The position numbers and the translations under genes are program-made. Shown here in pieces: positions 20,501 through 29,996 of a stretch of DNA of 64,000 nucleotides. Under the pieces are notes generated by a model, which was not told the origin of the DNA, searched no databases, and saw only the letters and a list, made by a program, of their open reading frames with translations. The stretch's first letter is position 1. Every line of letters starts with the position of its first letter. This stretch comes from an uncultured bacterium (GTDB lineage: Bacteria > Babelota > Babeliae > Babelales > Vermiphilaceae), in contig OY969699.1 of the NCBI GenBank assembly GCA_963702025.1, forward strand, positions 1,376,001 through 1,440,000, written 5' to 3'.

Positions 20501-21721
20501 TAATTCTTCAACCATTCTTTTGGCCACCCGTAAGTTAGGTGCTATTTCGCGTTCAATGAGACCTGCAAAAATGTACGGCTTGAATAGTTCAAGTGCCATA
20601 ATTTTAGGTAAACCACAGCGGTCCATTTTAAGTTCCGGGTCAACGACAATTACCGAACGCCCGGAATAGTCAACACGACGTCCCAGCAAGTTCTGACGGA
20701 ATCGTCCTTGTTTACCACGAAGCATTTCACTCAAAGATTTAAGCGCTCGTTTGTTTGAGCCACGCACCGGCTGGCCGCGACGCCCATTATCAATAAGCGC
20801 GTCAACCGATTCTTGAAGCATTCTTTTTTCATTTTTGATAATAACTGAGGGAGCTTCTATCTCGAGTAATCGTTGCAAACGAATATTTCTATTCAATACT
20901 CTGCGATACAATTCATTTAAATCGGAGCTCGCAAAACGGCCACCTTCAAGAGGAACCAACGGACGCAAGTCAGGTGGTAATACCGGCAAAATCGCAAGAA
21001 TCATCCATTCAGGTCTCATATTGCCATGCAGCAATCCTGAGAACACTTTAATGCGACGCATAATTTTATGACGAATAGCAACTGATGTTGTGTGCCGATA
21101 CTCTTCTTCTAAATTCGCAATCTCTAGTTTTAAATCTACCATGCTTAAGATATCGCGAATCGCTTCAGCACCAGATCCGGCAGCAAAATCTAAGTCTTCC
21201 GGATGAGTATCGAGATAGTTCTCGTATTCGGTATTATTCAAAATAGTTTTTCGAGGGTATGGAGAACGGCCTTGGTGAATTACAATATAGGCATCAAAGT
21301 AAATGACGCGCTCCAAATCCTTAACCGGAAGATCCAGCAACAACCCCAAGTAACTTGGAATTCCTTTAAGGTACCAAATATGGCATACCGGAGAAACAAG
21401 TTCAATATGCCCCATTCGCTCACGGCGCACACGAGATTGGATAACTTCTACGCCACACTTTTCGCAGGTCACACCGCGATGTTTCATTCTCTTATACTTA
21501 CCGCAGTTACATTCCCAATCTTTTTGCGGACCAAAGATTCTTGCGCAAAAAAGGCCGTCCCTTTCAGGTTTCAACGTACGATAGTTAATTGTTTCAATCT
21601 TCTTCACTTCACCATAGGAAAGTGATCGAATCTTTTCAGCAGAAGCAAGACCAATCTTTAATGCATTAAACTGCGTTAAATTAACATATTCTCTAAAGCG
21701 ATCTAAAATCCGATTATTCAC
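17582..21721 (-). CDS. rpoC: RNA polymerase beta' subunit
   Basis: ETINYRTLKPERDGLFC, N-terminal Zn finger, NADFDGDQM active site, SAASFQET. Confidence 0.99.
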   Translation of the reverse strand: MNNRILDRFREYVNLTQFNALKIGLASAEKIRSLSYGEVKKIETINYRTLKPERDGLFCARIFGPQKDWECNCGKYKRMKHRGVTCEKCGVEVIQSRVRRERMGHIELVSPVCHIWYLKGIPSYLGLLLDLPVKDLERVIYFDAYIVIHQGRSPYPRKTILNNTEYENYLDTHPEDLDFAAGSGAEAIRDILSMVDLKLEIANLEEEYRHTTSVAIRHKIMRRIKVFSGLLHGNMRPEWMILAILPVLPPDLRPLVPLEGGRFASSDLNELYRRVLNRNIRLQRLLEIEAPSVIIKNEKRMLQESVDALIDNGRRGQPVRGSNKRALKSLSEMLRGKQGRFRQNLLGRRVDYSGRSVIVVDPELKMDRCGLPKIMALELFKPYIFAGLIEREIAPNLRVAKRMVEELAPEVWDVLEEVVKDRPLLLNRAPTLHRLGIQAFYPILVDGKAIKIHPMVCAAFNADFDGDQMAVHIPLSKKAQEESKTMILATNNILSPANGRPVTVPSQDMVLGLHYMTKVRLGAKGEGLTFSNIGEVITAFQCEQVSLHAKIGVRMGDTKEITQTTVGRVILFEGLPSGTDFNWLNKIMKKSDLTRLVERIYYRFGSKSAVEALDKIKKLGFYYSTVSGISCSLRDLIVPAQKHELVKKADKEVQRIEDLYMDGVITNGERHNKVLSIWEHATDDVASEMTKTLEKQDQEAFLNEKRDFKPFNPIFMMLESGARGSKDQIKQLTGMRGLMSRPSGEIMETPVKSNFKDGLSVFEYFISTHGARKGQADTALKTANSGYLTRRLVDVAQDVVISMDDCQTLGYIEIGDLKGSGDVISPLNNRVLGRVLASDVKDPVSGELIFKQGHLLSREDISRLADSAATSIMVRSALTCQAKRGICAQCYGYDLSKGSLVDVGTTVGVIAAQSIGEPGTQLTMRTFHIGGTASGMSQQPFYVAKHEGIVEWRGVRTVRNRHGQAIVMSRKARVFIVSPDGRELRHHDLEYGSTLLVNDKQPIVIGQKLAEWDPTSKVLLTEKAGRIKFIDLVENVTVQERFDEKTNKSTYMILEHKSEKYQPAIAIEDENGNEEALYYLPSGAYLLVSDHQEVQVGDILVKVPREASRVGDITGGLPRIAELFEARMPKDPAIIADIDGEVIFGGLHRGLRKITIANGDQSIDYFIPRGKQVNVVNGEKVTAGDPLTSGSPVLHDILRIMGPEMVQRYLVDQIQQIYSLQGIIINDRHIELIVRQMLRKVRIVDPGDTDFLIGDRVDRVHFKMVNSLVKAENKRAATAKPILMGLTQASLGTESFISAASFQETTRILSEAAISGAVDHLYGLKENVIVGKLIPAGTGIASFRKRYLGDDVSDLERQAQHEEMHEREENRQYKEQEGA

Positions 21722-24700
21722 TTGCTTTCTCCTTGCCGCTCTTAAACAAATCCACTTGTAATCCTAAGCTTTGCAACTCTTTGATGAGTACGTTAAATGA
21801 TTCAGGCACGCCTGACTCAGGTACATCCTCACCGCGAACAATCGCTTCATACACCTTATGTCTTCCAGTTACATCATCTGATTTATAGGTTAGCATCTCT
21901 TGCAAGGTATATGCGGCGCCATACGCTTCGAGAGCCCATACTTCCATTTCTCCTAGACGCTGGCCGCCTAATTGCGCTTTACCGCCAAGTGGCTGCTGGG
22001 TTACTAATGAGTATGGCCCAACAGAACGCGCGTGCACCTTGTCATCAACCATGTGATTCAATTTCATCATATAAATGGAACCCACGGTCACCGGCTGTTC
22101 AAAGTATTCTCCGGTGCGTCCATCACGCAATCTAAATGCGCCGACGTCTGGCAACTGTAACTCTTCAAGAAGAGGTTTTATATCACTGTCATATTGTGCC
22201 CCATCAAATACCGGTGTTTTATATTGCACACCGCATTGTGAGGTTTTACGCGCAAGTTCGGACAACCCTTGCTTGCCATAGGCTTTTTCATAAGACTCAA
22301 CGAGTTCTGCGCCATAGACATTTTTTAAATATTTTTTAATTTCTGGGTAGCCTTGATTATTCATCAACTCTTCAAGCTTGTTACCCAACTCCTTGCCTGC
22401 CAAACCTAAAGCAGTTTCAAGAATTTGCCCCACGTTCATACGAGATGGAACACCCAGCGGATTTAAAACAATATCAACGGGTCTGCCATCATCCAGATAT
22501 GGCATATCTTCACGAGGAACAATAGTTGAAACAACACCTTTATTTCCGTGACGACCAGCAAGTTTGTCGCCAACCGATATGGTACGCTTCATGGCAATAT
22601 AGACTTTAACCATTTTAATGACACCGGATGCCAAGATGTCACCTTTTTTTAATTTGTTAATTCGTTCTTCTTTCAAGACTGCCAAGATACGAATTTGGTT
22701 TTCGTAAGAATCCTTAAGACGTACAAGATTTTCATTGAGCTCTTTATCTGCTACTTTAACAGCAAATAACTCGCTGACAGGCTTGCTTAAAATCTTCTCT
22801 TTATCAAAAACTCCACCAGTAGTTAACGATTTTGAAACGGTAGCCGCTGCTTTTTGCCCGGCCAAACGGCTCGCAATAGATTCAACAGTCATTTTCTCTA
22901 AAAAGCGAAGATGATCAGCAAAATCAGCATCAACTTTTGCAACCTGTTTGGTAATTTCGTCTTTATAGCGTTTATCTTTCCGCACGCCGCTTCGTGAAAA
23001 GATTTTAACGTCAACCACAGTACCTTCAATACCAGGCGGCACGCGCAATGATGTATCGCGCACTTCACGTGACTTCTCACCGAAAATAGCACGAAGAAGC
23101 TTTTCTTCAGGAGAGTATTGAATATCTCCCTTAAGCGTAACTTTACCAACTAAAATATCACCGGGTTTTACACGTGTTCCGATGCGAACAATGCCATCTT
23201 CATCCAGACCAGCCAATGCAGTTTCACTCACATTAGGAATATCCCGGGTAATCTCTTCAGGACCTAGTTTAGTGTCCCGTGCATCCACCTTATATTCATC
23301 GATATGAACCGACGTTAATGAGTCATCGGAAACCAGCCGCTTATTTAATACGATGGCATCCTCAAAATTATATCCGTGCCATGGCATAAACGCGACAGTT
23401 AAATTAGTACCAAGAGCCAATTCACCATCTTTTATGGAAGAACCGTTGGTTAAAATATCACCCGCATTCACATAATCGCCTCGGTTTACGATCGGCGTAT
23501 GGTGAATCCATGTGCTATGACTTGAACGCTGGAATTTTCTTAAATGATAGGTATCTATTGCCTGTGAAAGCCATTCATCAACGTTTTTAAACTGTGATTC
23601 TTCAGCTCGAATCATAATTTTTTCTGACGACACATATTCAACAGTTCCTGCTCGCTTTGCAACTATCACGCCACCGGAAGCTTTTACAATCTCTCTTTCC
23701 ATTCCGGTTCCCACCAGAGTGTTCTGAGGATTGATAAGCGGTACCGCTTGACGTTGCATGTTTGCTCCCATCAAGGCACGACTTGCGTCATCATGCTCCA
23801 AAAATGGGATAAGTGCCGCTGAAACAGAAACAAGCTGCTTAGGAGACAAATCAATATAGTTTATTTTATCAGCATCAACAAATAAGAAGTTGCCCTGATT
23901 ACGAGCAAATACCCTCTGATTATCAAGCTTTGTATCAGTTGCTTCATCCGGTTGCGCAATAAACTGATCTTGTTCTTCAAATGCATCCAAGAACACAACT
24001 TCTTCTTTAATTTTTCCATCTTGAACAGGTCTATATCCAGTTTCTATAAATCCAAGATCGTTAACCATTGCATAGGTAGCAAGGGATGAAATAAGACCAA
24101 TCGTTTGACCTTCAGGAGTTTCAATCGGACAAATACGACCGTAGTGAGACGTATGCACGTCACGAATTTCGGTCGTTGCACGATCTTTAAGAACACCACC
24201 GGGCCCGAGTGCGGACAATCGTCTTTTATGAGCAACCTCGGAGAGAGGATTTGTTTGATCCATAAACTGAGAAAGTTGACCCAACCCAAAGAATTCACGC
24301 AGCACAACACTGAGTGGTTTTACATTGAGGAAGTCTTGTGGCATTAAAGCGCCATGCGGTTCTTGCATTCTGAAACGTTCGCGAATAATTCGTTCGATAC
24401 GTAAAAATCCAAGATAGACCTGATTTGTTAAAAGCTCTCCAACCAAACGAACGCGGCGGTTTCCCAAATGATCAATATCATCAAGTTCACCTTCTCCACG
24501 CTCACGCAATCCAACCAGATAACGAATGGTAGCAATTAAATCTTCTTTGGTGAGTACCGTTTTTTCTTCGGAAACTGAAAGCCCTAACTTTCTGTTCATG
24601 CGAATACGGCCAACCTTGGTCAGGTCATAGAAACGGCTGTTGAAGAAAAGATCTTCAAAGCGTTGTTTAATCTCGTGCAATGAGGAGGTATCGCCCGGAA

Positions 24701-26033
24701 ATAATTTTGCATGTATTTCCTTAAGCGCATCTTCTTCACTCATGCAGCGATCTTGTGTAAGTGTCATAGCAATTGTTGGCTGAAATACGTAGCCGGAAGA
24801 TTGAATGAGATCAAACTCAAGATTTTTAAATTTCTTAAATAGCTCATACGTATCTTCGGTAAATGTTTGACCCTGAGCAACAAGAATTTCTCCGGTATCC
24901 TGATCAATAACATCTTTTGCAAAAACACGATTTAAAAGAGCTGATTTTCGTAGTGAAAGCTTATCTATTCCCAATTTTGCAAGTCGAGATAAGATATCTT
25001 TGGTAACCCTGTTGCCAAGAAACGCTTTTTCTTCTTTTTCCGGGAGCATGCCTTTTTCAATACGCTGTCCCATAAGCGTTGCATCAACTTTTCGGAAAAA
25101 CTCGCCGTTGCGAATGCTTACATTTTCGAAATTATAAAAAAGAGAAACAATATTTTCACGCGCGAATCCTAAGGCTTGCAAAAATGTTGTTATGAGTATT
25201 TTCTTCTTTTTATCGATACGTACATAACAATAATCATTCGTATCAAACTCAAAATCCAACCATGAGCCACGCATAGGAATTATACGGGCCAAATAGTAGG
25301 CACGTCCGCGTAAATCTTTTACTTTTTTACTTTGGGAAAAAACAACACCCGGTGAACGATGTAGCTGACTCACAATAACCCGATCAACACCGTTGATCAG
25401 GAATGTACCAATATTTCCTAATAAAAAGCGACCATTTTCTTCATATAAGTCTGCCATAACCGGAACATCGGCAAAGAAAATATCTTGTTCTTTAATATCA
25501 TGAACAACTTTTTTATTGTCGGCATCAAGGGACCAGCTAATAAGTTGAATCTTAACTTTCAACGGCATTGAAAACGTTTGCTCGCTTGATCGACACTCTT
25601 CAAGAGTCATTGGTAATTTAACAACAACTCGCGACAAACAATTTGAACAGGTTTTATAGCGCGCTGTCTTCTTTTTGCAGAATCGACACGTGAAATCTGC
25701 ATCAAGTCGAGAGCAGTCTGATTTTTTACATGCCGTGCAAGTCCATTGATAGCGATTTTCTATCCCGGTTAGTTTACCACATGTGCATGCCCAAAGACCA
25801 AGCTCATAACTGACATATTCAAGAGACATCTTGTCATTATAGTCTATCGGAAAAACATCTCTTAAAACTTTTTCAAGTCCAATCAACTTTCTTTCACTTG
25901 GCAGAAAATCTAATTGCGCAAATTCATTAAAAGAATTAGATTGAATTTCAATCAAGTTGGGTACTGGGGCAATATCTTTGATCTTACCAAAAGATCGACG
26001 GATATTGTTTTTGCTCATGTGCAACTTAGTCAT
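21714..26033 (-). CDS. rpoB: RNA polymerase beta subunit with an N-terminal Cys-rich insertion
   Basis: SQFMDQTNPL, HYGRICPIETPEG, GDKLAGRHGNKG, GGQRLGEME; likely start at 26033, after a GAGGAG RBS. Confidence 0.99.
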   Translation of the reverse strand: MTKLHMSKNNIRRSFGKIKDIAPVPNLIEIQSNSFNEFAQLDFLPSERKLIGLEKVLRDVFPIDYNDKMSLEYVSYELGLWACTCGKLTGIENRYQWTCTACKKSDCSRLDADFTCRFCKKKTARYKTCSNCLSRVVVKLPMTLEECRSSEQTFSMPLKVKIQLISWSLDADNKKVVHDIKEQDIFFADVPVMADLYEENGRFLLGNIGTFLINGVDRVIVSQLHRSPGVVFSQSKKVKDLRGRAYYLARIIPMRGSWLDFEFDTNDYCYVRIDKKKKILITTFLQALGFARENIVSLFYNFENVSIRNGEFFRKVDATLMGQRIEKGMLPEKEEKAFLGNRVTKDILSRLAKLGIDKLSLRKSALLNRVFAKDVIDQDTGEILVAQGQTFTEDTYELFKKFKNLEFDLIQSSGYVFQPTIAMTLTQDRCMSEEDALKEIHAKLFPGDTSSLHEIKQRFEDLFFNSRFYDLTKVGRIRMNRKLGLSVSEEKTVLTKEDLIATIRYLVGLRERGEGELDDIDHLGNRRVRLVGELLTNQVYLGFLRIERIIRERFRMQEPHGALMPQDFLNVKPLSVVLREFFGLGQLSQFMDQTNPLSEVAHKRRLSALGPGGVLKDRATTEIRDVHTSHYGRICPIETPEGQTIGLISSLATYAMVNDLGFIETGYRPVQDGKIKEEVVFLDAFEEQDQFIAQPDEATDTKLDNQRVFARNQGNFLFVDADKINYIDLSPKQLVSVSAALIPFLEHDDASRALMGANMQRQAVPLINPQNTLVGTGMEREIVKASGGVIVAKRAGTVEYVSSEKIMIRAEESQFKNVDEWLSQAIDTYHLRKFQRSSHSTWIHHTPIVNRGDYVNAGDILTNGSSIKDGELALGTNLTVAFMPWHGYNFEDAIVLNKRLVSDDSLTSVHIDEYKVDARDTKLGPEEITRDIPNVSETALAGLDEDGIVRIGTRVKPGDILVGKVTLKGDIQYSPEEKLLRAIFGEKSREVRDTSLRVPPGIEGTVVDVKIFSRSGVRKDKRYKDEITKQVAKVDADFADHLRFLEKMTVESIASRLAGQKAAATVSKSLTTGGVFDKEKILSKPVSELFAVKVADKELNENLVRLKDSYENQIRILAVLKEERINKLKKGDILASGVIKMVKVYIAMKRTISVGDKLAGRHGNKGVVSTIVPREDMPYLDDGRPVDIVLNPLGVPSRMNVGQILETALGLAGKELGNKLEELMNNQGYPEIKKYLKNVYGAELVESYEKAYGKQGLSELARKTSQCGVQYKTPVFDGAQYDSDIKPLLEELQLPDVGAFRLRDGRTGEYFEQPVTVGSIYMMKLNHMVDDKVHARSVGPYSLVTQQPLGGKAQLGGQRLGEMEVWALEAYGAAYTLQEMLTYKSDDVTGRHKVYEAIVRGEDVPESGVPESFNVLIKELQSLGLQVDLFKSGKEKASE

Positions 26034-26054
26034 TAAGTCGCTCCTCATTAAAAT

Positions 26055-26088
26055 ATATTAGTTACTTTGCAACTGAAGTAACTAATAT
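26055..26088 (-). terminator. Hairpin between rplL and rpoB (possible attenuator/terminator)
   Basis: Perfect 13-bp stem ATATTAGTTACTT/AAGTAACTAATAT with an 8-nt loop, followed by ATTTT on the minus strand. Confidence 0.55.
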
Positions 26089-26123
26089 CGTGTCTTGCGA
26101 ATAAACAATAAAAAGCAGTAATA

Positions 26124-26510
26124 TTATGAAAGTTCGACTTTTGCGCCTGCAGCTTCAAGCTCTTTTTTCAGTTTTTCAGCATCAGCCTTTGGCATCGCTT
26201 CAGAAAGCACTGATGGCGCACCATCAACTTTTTCTTTAGCTTCAGACAATGACAAGCTAGTAGCAGCTTTAAGAGCCTTAATTACTTGAATTTTTTGTGC
26301 TCCGGCATCAACCAGTTTTACTTTATATTCAGCTTTTTCTTCAGCTTTAGCAGCGGCGGCAGGAGCTGCACCGGCAGCAGGAGCTGCAGATGTCATCGCA
26401 GCAGCAGAAACACCGAATGCCTCTTCAAGGGCTTTAACAAGCTCATTAAGCTGAGCAACGGTCATAGAACCTATTTCTTTGATAATTTGTTCATTTGTAT
26501 TAGCGGCCAT
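26124..26510 (-). CDS. rplL: 50S ribosomal protein L7/L12
   Basis: [31 protein letters not shown]. Confidence 0.98.
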   Translation of the reverse strand: MAANTNEQIIKEIGSMTVAQLNELVKALEEAFGVSAAAMTSAAPAAGAAPAAAAKAEEKAEYKVKLVDAGAQKIQVIKALKAATSLSLSEAKEKVDGAPSVLSEAMPKADAEKLKKELEAAGAKVELS

Positions 26511-26562
26511 AGCTTCTCCAAAAGGATAATTAATAATTTACTTTATTGTTGCGCTTTTTTTA

Positions 26563-27045
26563 CTACTGCTTTTTATTGCTGATTTGTTGCAACACGAAAG
26601 CTAATTTTGCAACCGGTGCCTTCATAATGCCACACAATTGCGCCAACAGCACTTCGCGAGGAGGTAACGTTGCCAGAACTTTTAATGTTGCTGCATCAAC
26701 AAGCTTCGAATCAATTGATCCGGCAACAAATGTTAATGCTTCGTTCTCTTTGGCAAAATTATATAAAAATTTGATAACTGGATCTTCTTTTTCAATGAAG
26801 ACAAGACCAACCTGATCCTTGAAATACGGAATAAGGGATTGCGCATTTTCAGATTCTTGCGCAGCAATTCTCATAAGGCGCGCTTTGGTTACTTTAAAGA
26901 CACCGCCATTTTGCCGAATTCCTCTTCGCAATTTCTGCAATTGCATAACTGAAAGGCCTTTGTAGCCTACCAAAACCGAACTAGGACTTTGTGAAAATTG
27001 TGTTTTAAGCTCTGTGACTAATTGAGTTTTTTCTTGTCGATTCAT
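26563..27045 (-). CDS. rplJ: 50S ribosomal protein L10
   Basis: MNRQEK, YKGLSV...LR, LATLPPREVLLAQL; operon position. Confidence 0.95.
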   Translation of the reverse strand: MNRQEKTQLVTELKTQFSQSPSSVLVGYKGLSVMQLQKLRRGIRQNGGVFKVTKARLMRIAAQESENAQSLIPYFKDQVGLVFIEKEDPVIKFLYNFAKENEALTFVAGSIDSKLVDAATLKVLATLPPREVLLAQLCGIMKAPVAKLAFVLQQISNKKQ

Positions 27046-27056
27046 ATTTATTTCCT

Positions 27057-27758
27057 TTAGGCAGCAGCGCTTAATATTTCATCAGGACTTACCTGAATGC
27101 CAACACCCATTGTTGAAGTAACCGTTAACTTCTGAAGGAATTTTCCTTTTGAAGATGCCGGCTTGGAACTTGCTAGTGCTTTAATAAATGCGGTTAAATT
27201 TTCTTGCAATTTCTCTGGGCCAAATGAAACTTTCCCAAATGAGAAATGAACAATACCATTTTTATCATTCTTGAAGAAAACGCGGCCCTTTTTCAGATCA
27301 GCAACAACTGCTGCGACATCAAAAGTTACCGTACCCAATTTTTTGTTCGGCAATAATCCACGGGGCCCAAGAACTTTAGCAACTTTACCAACAATCGCCA
27401 TCATATCAGGAGTGGCAACCGCATAGTTAAAGTCCATCCATCCGCCATTAATTTTTTCTACTAAATCATCGGCACCTATATAATCAGCGCCAGCTTTTTT
27501 TGCAAGGTCAACGTTCTCGCCTTTTGCAAAGACAAGAACCTTAACAGCTGCCCCTTTTGAATAAGGAAGCACCAATGAACCGCGCACCACTTGATCACCC
27601 TTAGAGGCATCAATACCAAGATTCACGTGAGCATCAACGGATTCATCAAATTTAGCAAAAGCCAATGATTTTATTTTGTTAAGAGCTTCCTTAACCGGAA
27701 GAGCCTCTTGACCTATCTGCTCTTTTGCTTTGCGATATTTTTTACCATGTTTCAACAT
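27057..27758 (-). CDS. rplA: 50S ribosomal protein L1
   Basis: KFDESVD, VRGSLVLP, LGPRGLLPN, STMGVG. Confidence 0.98.
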   Translation of the reverse strand: MLKHGKKYRKAKEQIGQEALPVKEALNKIKSLAFAKFDESVDAHVNLGIDASKGDQVVRGSLVLPYSKGAAVKVLVFAKGENVDLAKKAGADYIGADDLVEKINGGWMDFNYAVATPDMMAIVGKVAKVLGPRGLLPNKKLGTVTFDVAAVVADLKKGRVFFKNDKNGIVHFSFGKVSFGPEKLQENLTAFIKALASSKPASSKGKFLQKLTVTSTMGVGIQVSPDEILSAAA

Positions 27759-27768
27759 ATTTACCCCA

Positions 27769-28194
27769 TTATTCCGTAACTACCACGCCCATGCTGCGTG
27801 CTGAACCAGCAATAATTTTCTTTGCTTGTTCGATACTGTTTGCATTAAGGTCAGGCATTTTGATTTTGGCGATTTCTTCAATTTCCGCCATGGAAATTTT
27901 TCCAACTTTATCGGTATTCGGCCGGGAAGAACCTTTTGAAATATTGATTTTCTTTCTTATGAGCTCACTTGCCGGCGGCGTTTTGAGTTCAAAACTGAAC
28001 GTCTTATCAATATACACTGTAATAATTACAGGAACCGTTTCACCTTTTTTAGAGGCCGTTGCCTCATTAAATTTCTTGCAAAAATCCATAAGATTCACTT
28101 GGTGTTGGCCAAGATTGTTACCTACTGGAGGAGCTGGGGTTGCGGCACCACCAGGAATTTGCAATTTAATTTTTGCTTTTACCGCTTTTGCCAT
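27769..28194 (-). CDS. rplK: 50S ribosomal protein L11
   Basis: [31 protein letters not shown]. Confidence 0.98.
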   Translation of the reverse strand: MAKAVKAKIKLQIPGGAATPAPPVGNNLGQHQVNLMDFCKKFNEATASKKGETVPVIITVYIDKTFSFELKTPPASELIRKKINISKGSSRPNTDKVGKISMAEIEEIAKIKMPDLNANSIEQAKKIIAGSARSMGVVVTE

Positions 28195-28217
28195 TGTAAA
28201 AACCTACCTTGAACGTA

Positions 28218-28733
28218 CTATTTTATTTGATTAAAACCTAACTCGACAGGTGTCATTCTACCAAAAATACTCACCATTACCGTAACTCGCTCATTTACCT
28301 CGTCAATAGAATCTATAATACCAACAAAGCCCGCAAACGGCCCATCAGTAATATCCACTTCACTGCCAACAGTAAACTCGCTCTTTTTAGCAACAACAGT
28401 TACTTCACCCTTCATTTGACCAATAATGCGCTCAATTTCTTTTTGAGAAATGGCGACCGGATCTTTGCCCCCAAGGAATTTTATAACACGCAGGGAGGAA
28501 GTAACGAGCTTAATAGTTTGAGGCATCGCCTCCATTTCAATGAGTACATACCCAGGAAACAGCTGAGAATCCTTAGCATCTTGCACATCAAGCATTTGCT
28601 TTAAACGTGCCGAGGGGATAAGTATTTGACCAAACTTATCCTCTAATCCTTCATCAGCAATACGCTTTGTTACATCGGCTTTAACTGCCTCTTCAAAACC
28701 TGCGTATACTTGAACGACGTACCAACGTTTCAT
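28218..28733 (-). CDS. nusG: Transcription termination/antitermination factor NusG
   Basis: MKRWYVVQVYAGFE, FPGYVLIEM, KOW motif DGPFAGFVG, VSIFGRMTPVEL. Confidence 0.97.
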   Translation of the reverse strand: MKRWYVVQVYAGFEEAVKADVTKRIADEGLEDKFGQILIPSARLKQMLDVQDAKDSQLFPGYVLIEMEAMPQTIKLVTSSLRVIKFLGGKDPVAISQKEIERIIGQMKGEVTVVAKKSEFTVGSEVDITDGPFAGFVGIIDSIDEVNERVTVMVSIFGRMTPVELGFNQIK

Positions 28734-28750
28734 CTGAAAGTATCCCAACC

Positions 28751-28948
28751 CTAAAATGAGCCATATGTTTTAAAAATATAGCTTGCAATTTTGGAAAAAC
28801 CAAAATCTATTAACCCTAAAAACAACGCAAAGATTAAAACTAATACTAAAACAATTATGGTAGAACCTATCCAATCATCATATTTAGGCCATACCACTTT
28901 GTTAAGCTCTATGCGAACTTCACTTAAAAATTGTACTATATCTTTCAT
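28751..28948 (-). CDS. secE: Preprotein translocase subunit SecE
   Basis: FLSEVRIELNKVVWP plus one TM segment; position upstream of nusG. Confidence 0.95.
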   Translation of the reverse strand: MKDIVQFLSEVRIELNKVVWPKYDDWIGSTIIVLVLVLIFALFLGLIDFGFSKIASYIFKTYGSF

Positions 28949-28987
28949 TACTGATCCATTGCTTGTTGCATGTTACTTGCATCTTTT

Positions 28988-29064
28988 TGGCAGGCCAGGA
29001 GGGATTCGAACCCCCAACCCGCAGATTTGGAGTCTGCCGCTCTACCAATTAGAGCTACTGGCCT
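28988..29064 (-). tRNA. tRNA-Trp(CCA)
   Basis: AGGCCAGTAGCTCTAATTGGTAGAGC...GCAGA-CTCCAAA-TCTGC...GGTTCGAATCC...GCCA. Confidence 0.96.
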
Positions 29065-29076
29065 ACAAACACTATG

Positions 29077-29235
29077 CTATTTCGTTTCTTTATGCATATG
29101 GTGCTTGCGGCATCGAGAGCAGAACTTCTTCAATGTCAATGAGCCAGCTGACCTTTTCTTTGACACAACTTGCGTATAATTACGCTCTTTACACTCTTCA
29201 CATGCCAGGTGTGTGGTTATTCTATTTTTTGCCAT
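29077..29235 (-). CDS. rpmG: 50S ribosomal protein L33, Zn-binding (C+) form; not in the ORF track
   Basis: MAKNRITTHLACEECKERNYTQVVSKKRSAGSLTLKKFCSRCRKHHMHKETK (52 aa, two CxxC). Confidence 0.96.
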   Translation of the reverse strand: MAKNRITTHLACEECKERNYTQVVSKKRSAGSLTLKKFCSRCRKHHMHKETK

Positions 29236-29432
29236 ATACTCTCAAGCACTCGTTAAGATTATTACTTAAACACTAAATACACAAAAATTCAGCTTTTTAA
29301 GTCCAGCCTACGCTTATCTGGGTCTTCCGACTCGGCAAGCTTCGGCGGACAGTCTTCACATTTTGCAAAAGCAACTCTCTGTTACTTCCTCAAAACTTGG
29401 CGGCGCCAGGCATAGCCCGCTAGGGCGAAGAC

Positions 29433-29508
29433 TGGAGCCCGCGACCGGGATTGAACCGGTGACCTCTCCCTTACCAAGGAAGTGCTCTACCAACTGAGCT
29501 ACGTGGGC
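29433..29508 (-). tRNA. tRNA-Thr(GGT)
   Basis: GCCCACGTAGCTCAGTTGGTAGAGC...CTTCC-TTGGTAA-GGGAG...GGTTCAATCC...TCCA. Confidence 0.96.
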
Positions 29509-29651
29509 AAAACTTACTTCTTCTTTTTAACTTTAACGTCAAGGATAGAGTAAAAAACTTAAAATGACAACTTATTTTATCGTAAAACTGCAACGAAGTT
29601 GCTAATAATTTAGTCCATCTTCGCCAACTTGCGCTGAGAACGGGCGAAGAT

Positions 29652-29727
29652 TGGAGCTGGCGACTGGACTTGAACCAGTGACCTGCTGATTACAAATCAG
29701 CTGCTCTACCAACTGAGCTACGCCAGC
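29652..29727 (-). tRNA. tRNA-Thr(TGT)
   Basis: GCTGGCGTAGCTCAGTTGGTAGAGC...GCTGA-TTTGTAA-TCAGC...GGTTCAAGTCC...TCCA. Confidence 0.96.
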
Positions 29728-29920
29728 ATATATCAAATCTTAGGACAGTCTTCGCATCTTGCGCTTAAGCTTTATGATCATTCCTTATAGGTGATGTCGA
29801 AGCCAGGCCCCTTCGACCGGGTCAGGATAAACTCCGCAATTTTTAAGGAATTATCCTTAACTGGCCGCGCCAGGCGTAGCCGTGTTTATACTTCGAAGTC
29901 TAGCCCGCGTAGGCGAAGAC

Positions 29921-29996
29921 TGGAGCGGGAAACGGGAGTCGAACCCGTAACCTACAGCTTGGAAGGCTGCCACTCTACCAATTGAGCTATTCCCGC
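29921..29996 (-). tRNA. tRNA-Gly(TCC)
   Basis: GCGGGAATAGCTCAATTGGTAGAG...CAGCC-TTCCAA-GCTG...GGTTCGACTCC...TCCA. Confidence 0.96.

Noticed and set aside
13494..29985. Antisense ORFs over holA, rph, pnp, rpoBC, ribosomal protein genes and tRNAs
   Set aside because: They overlap well-conserved genes on the opposite strand or frame and show no protein motifs
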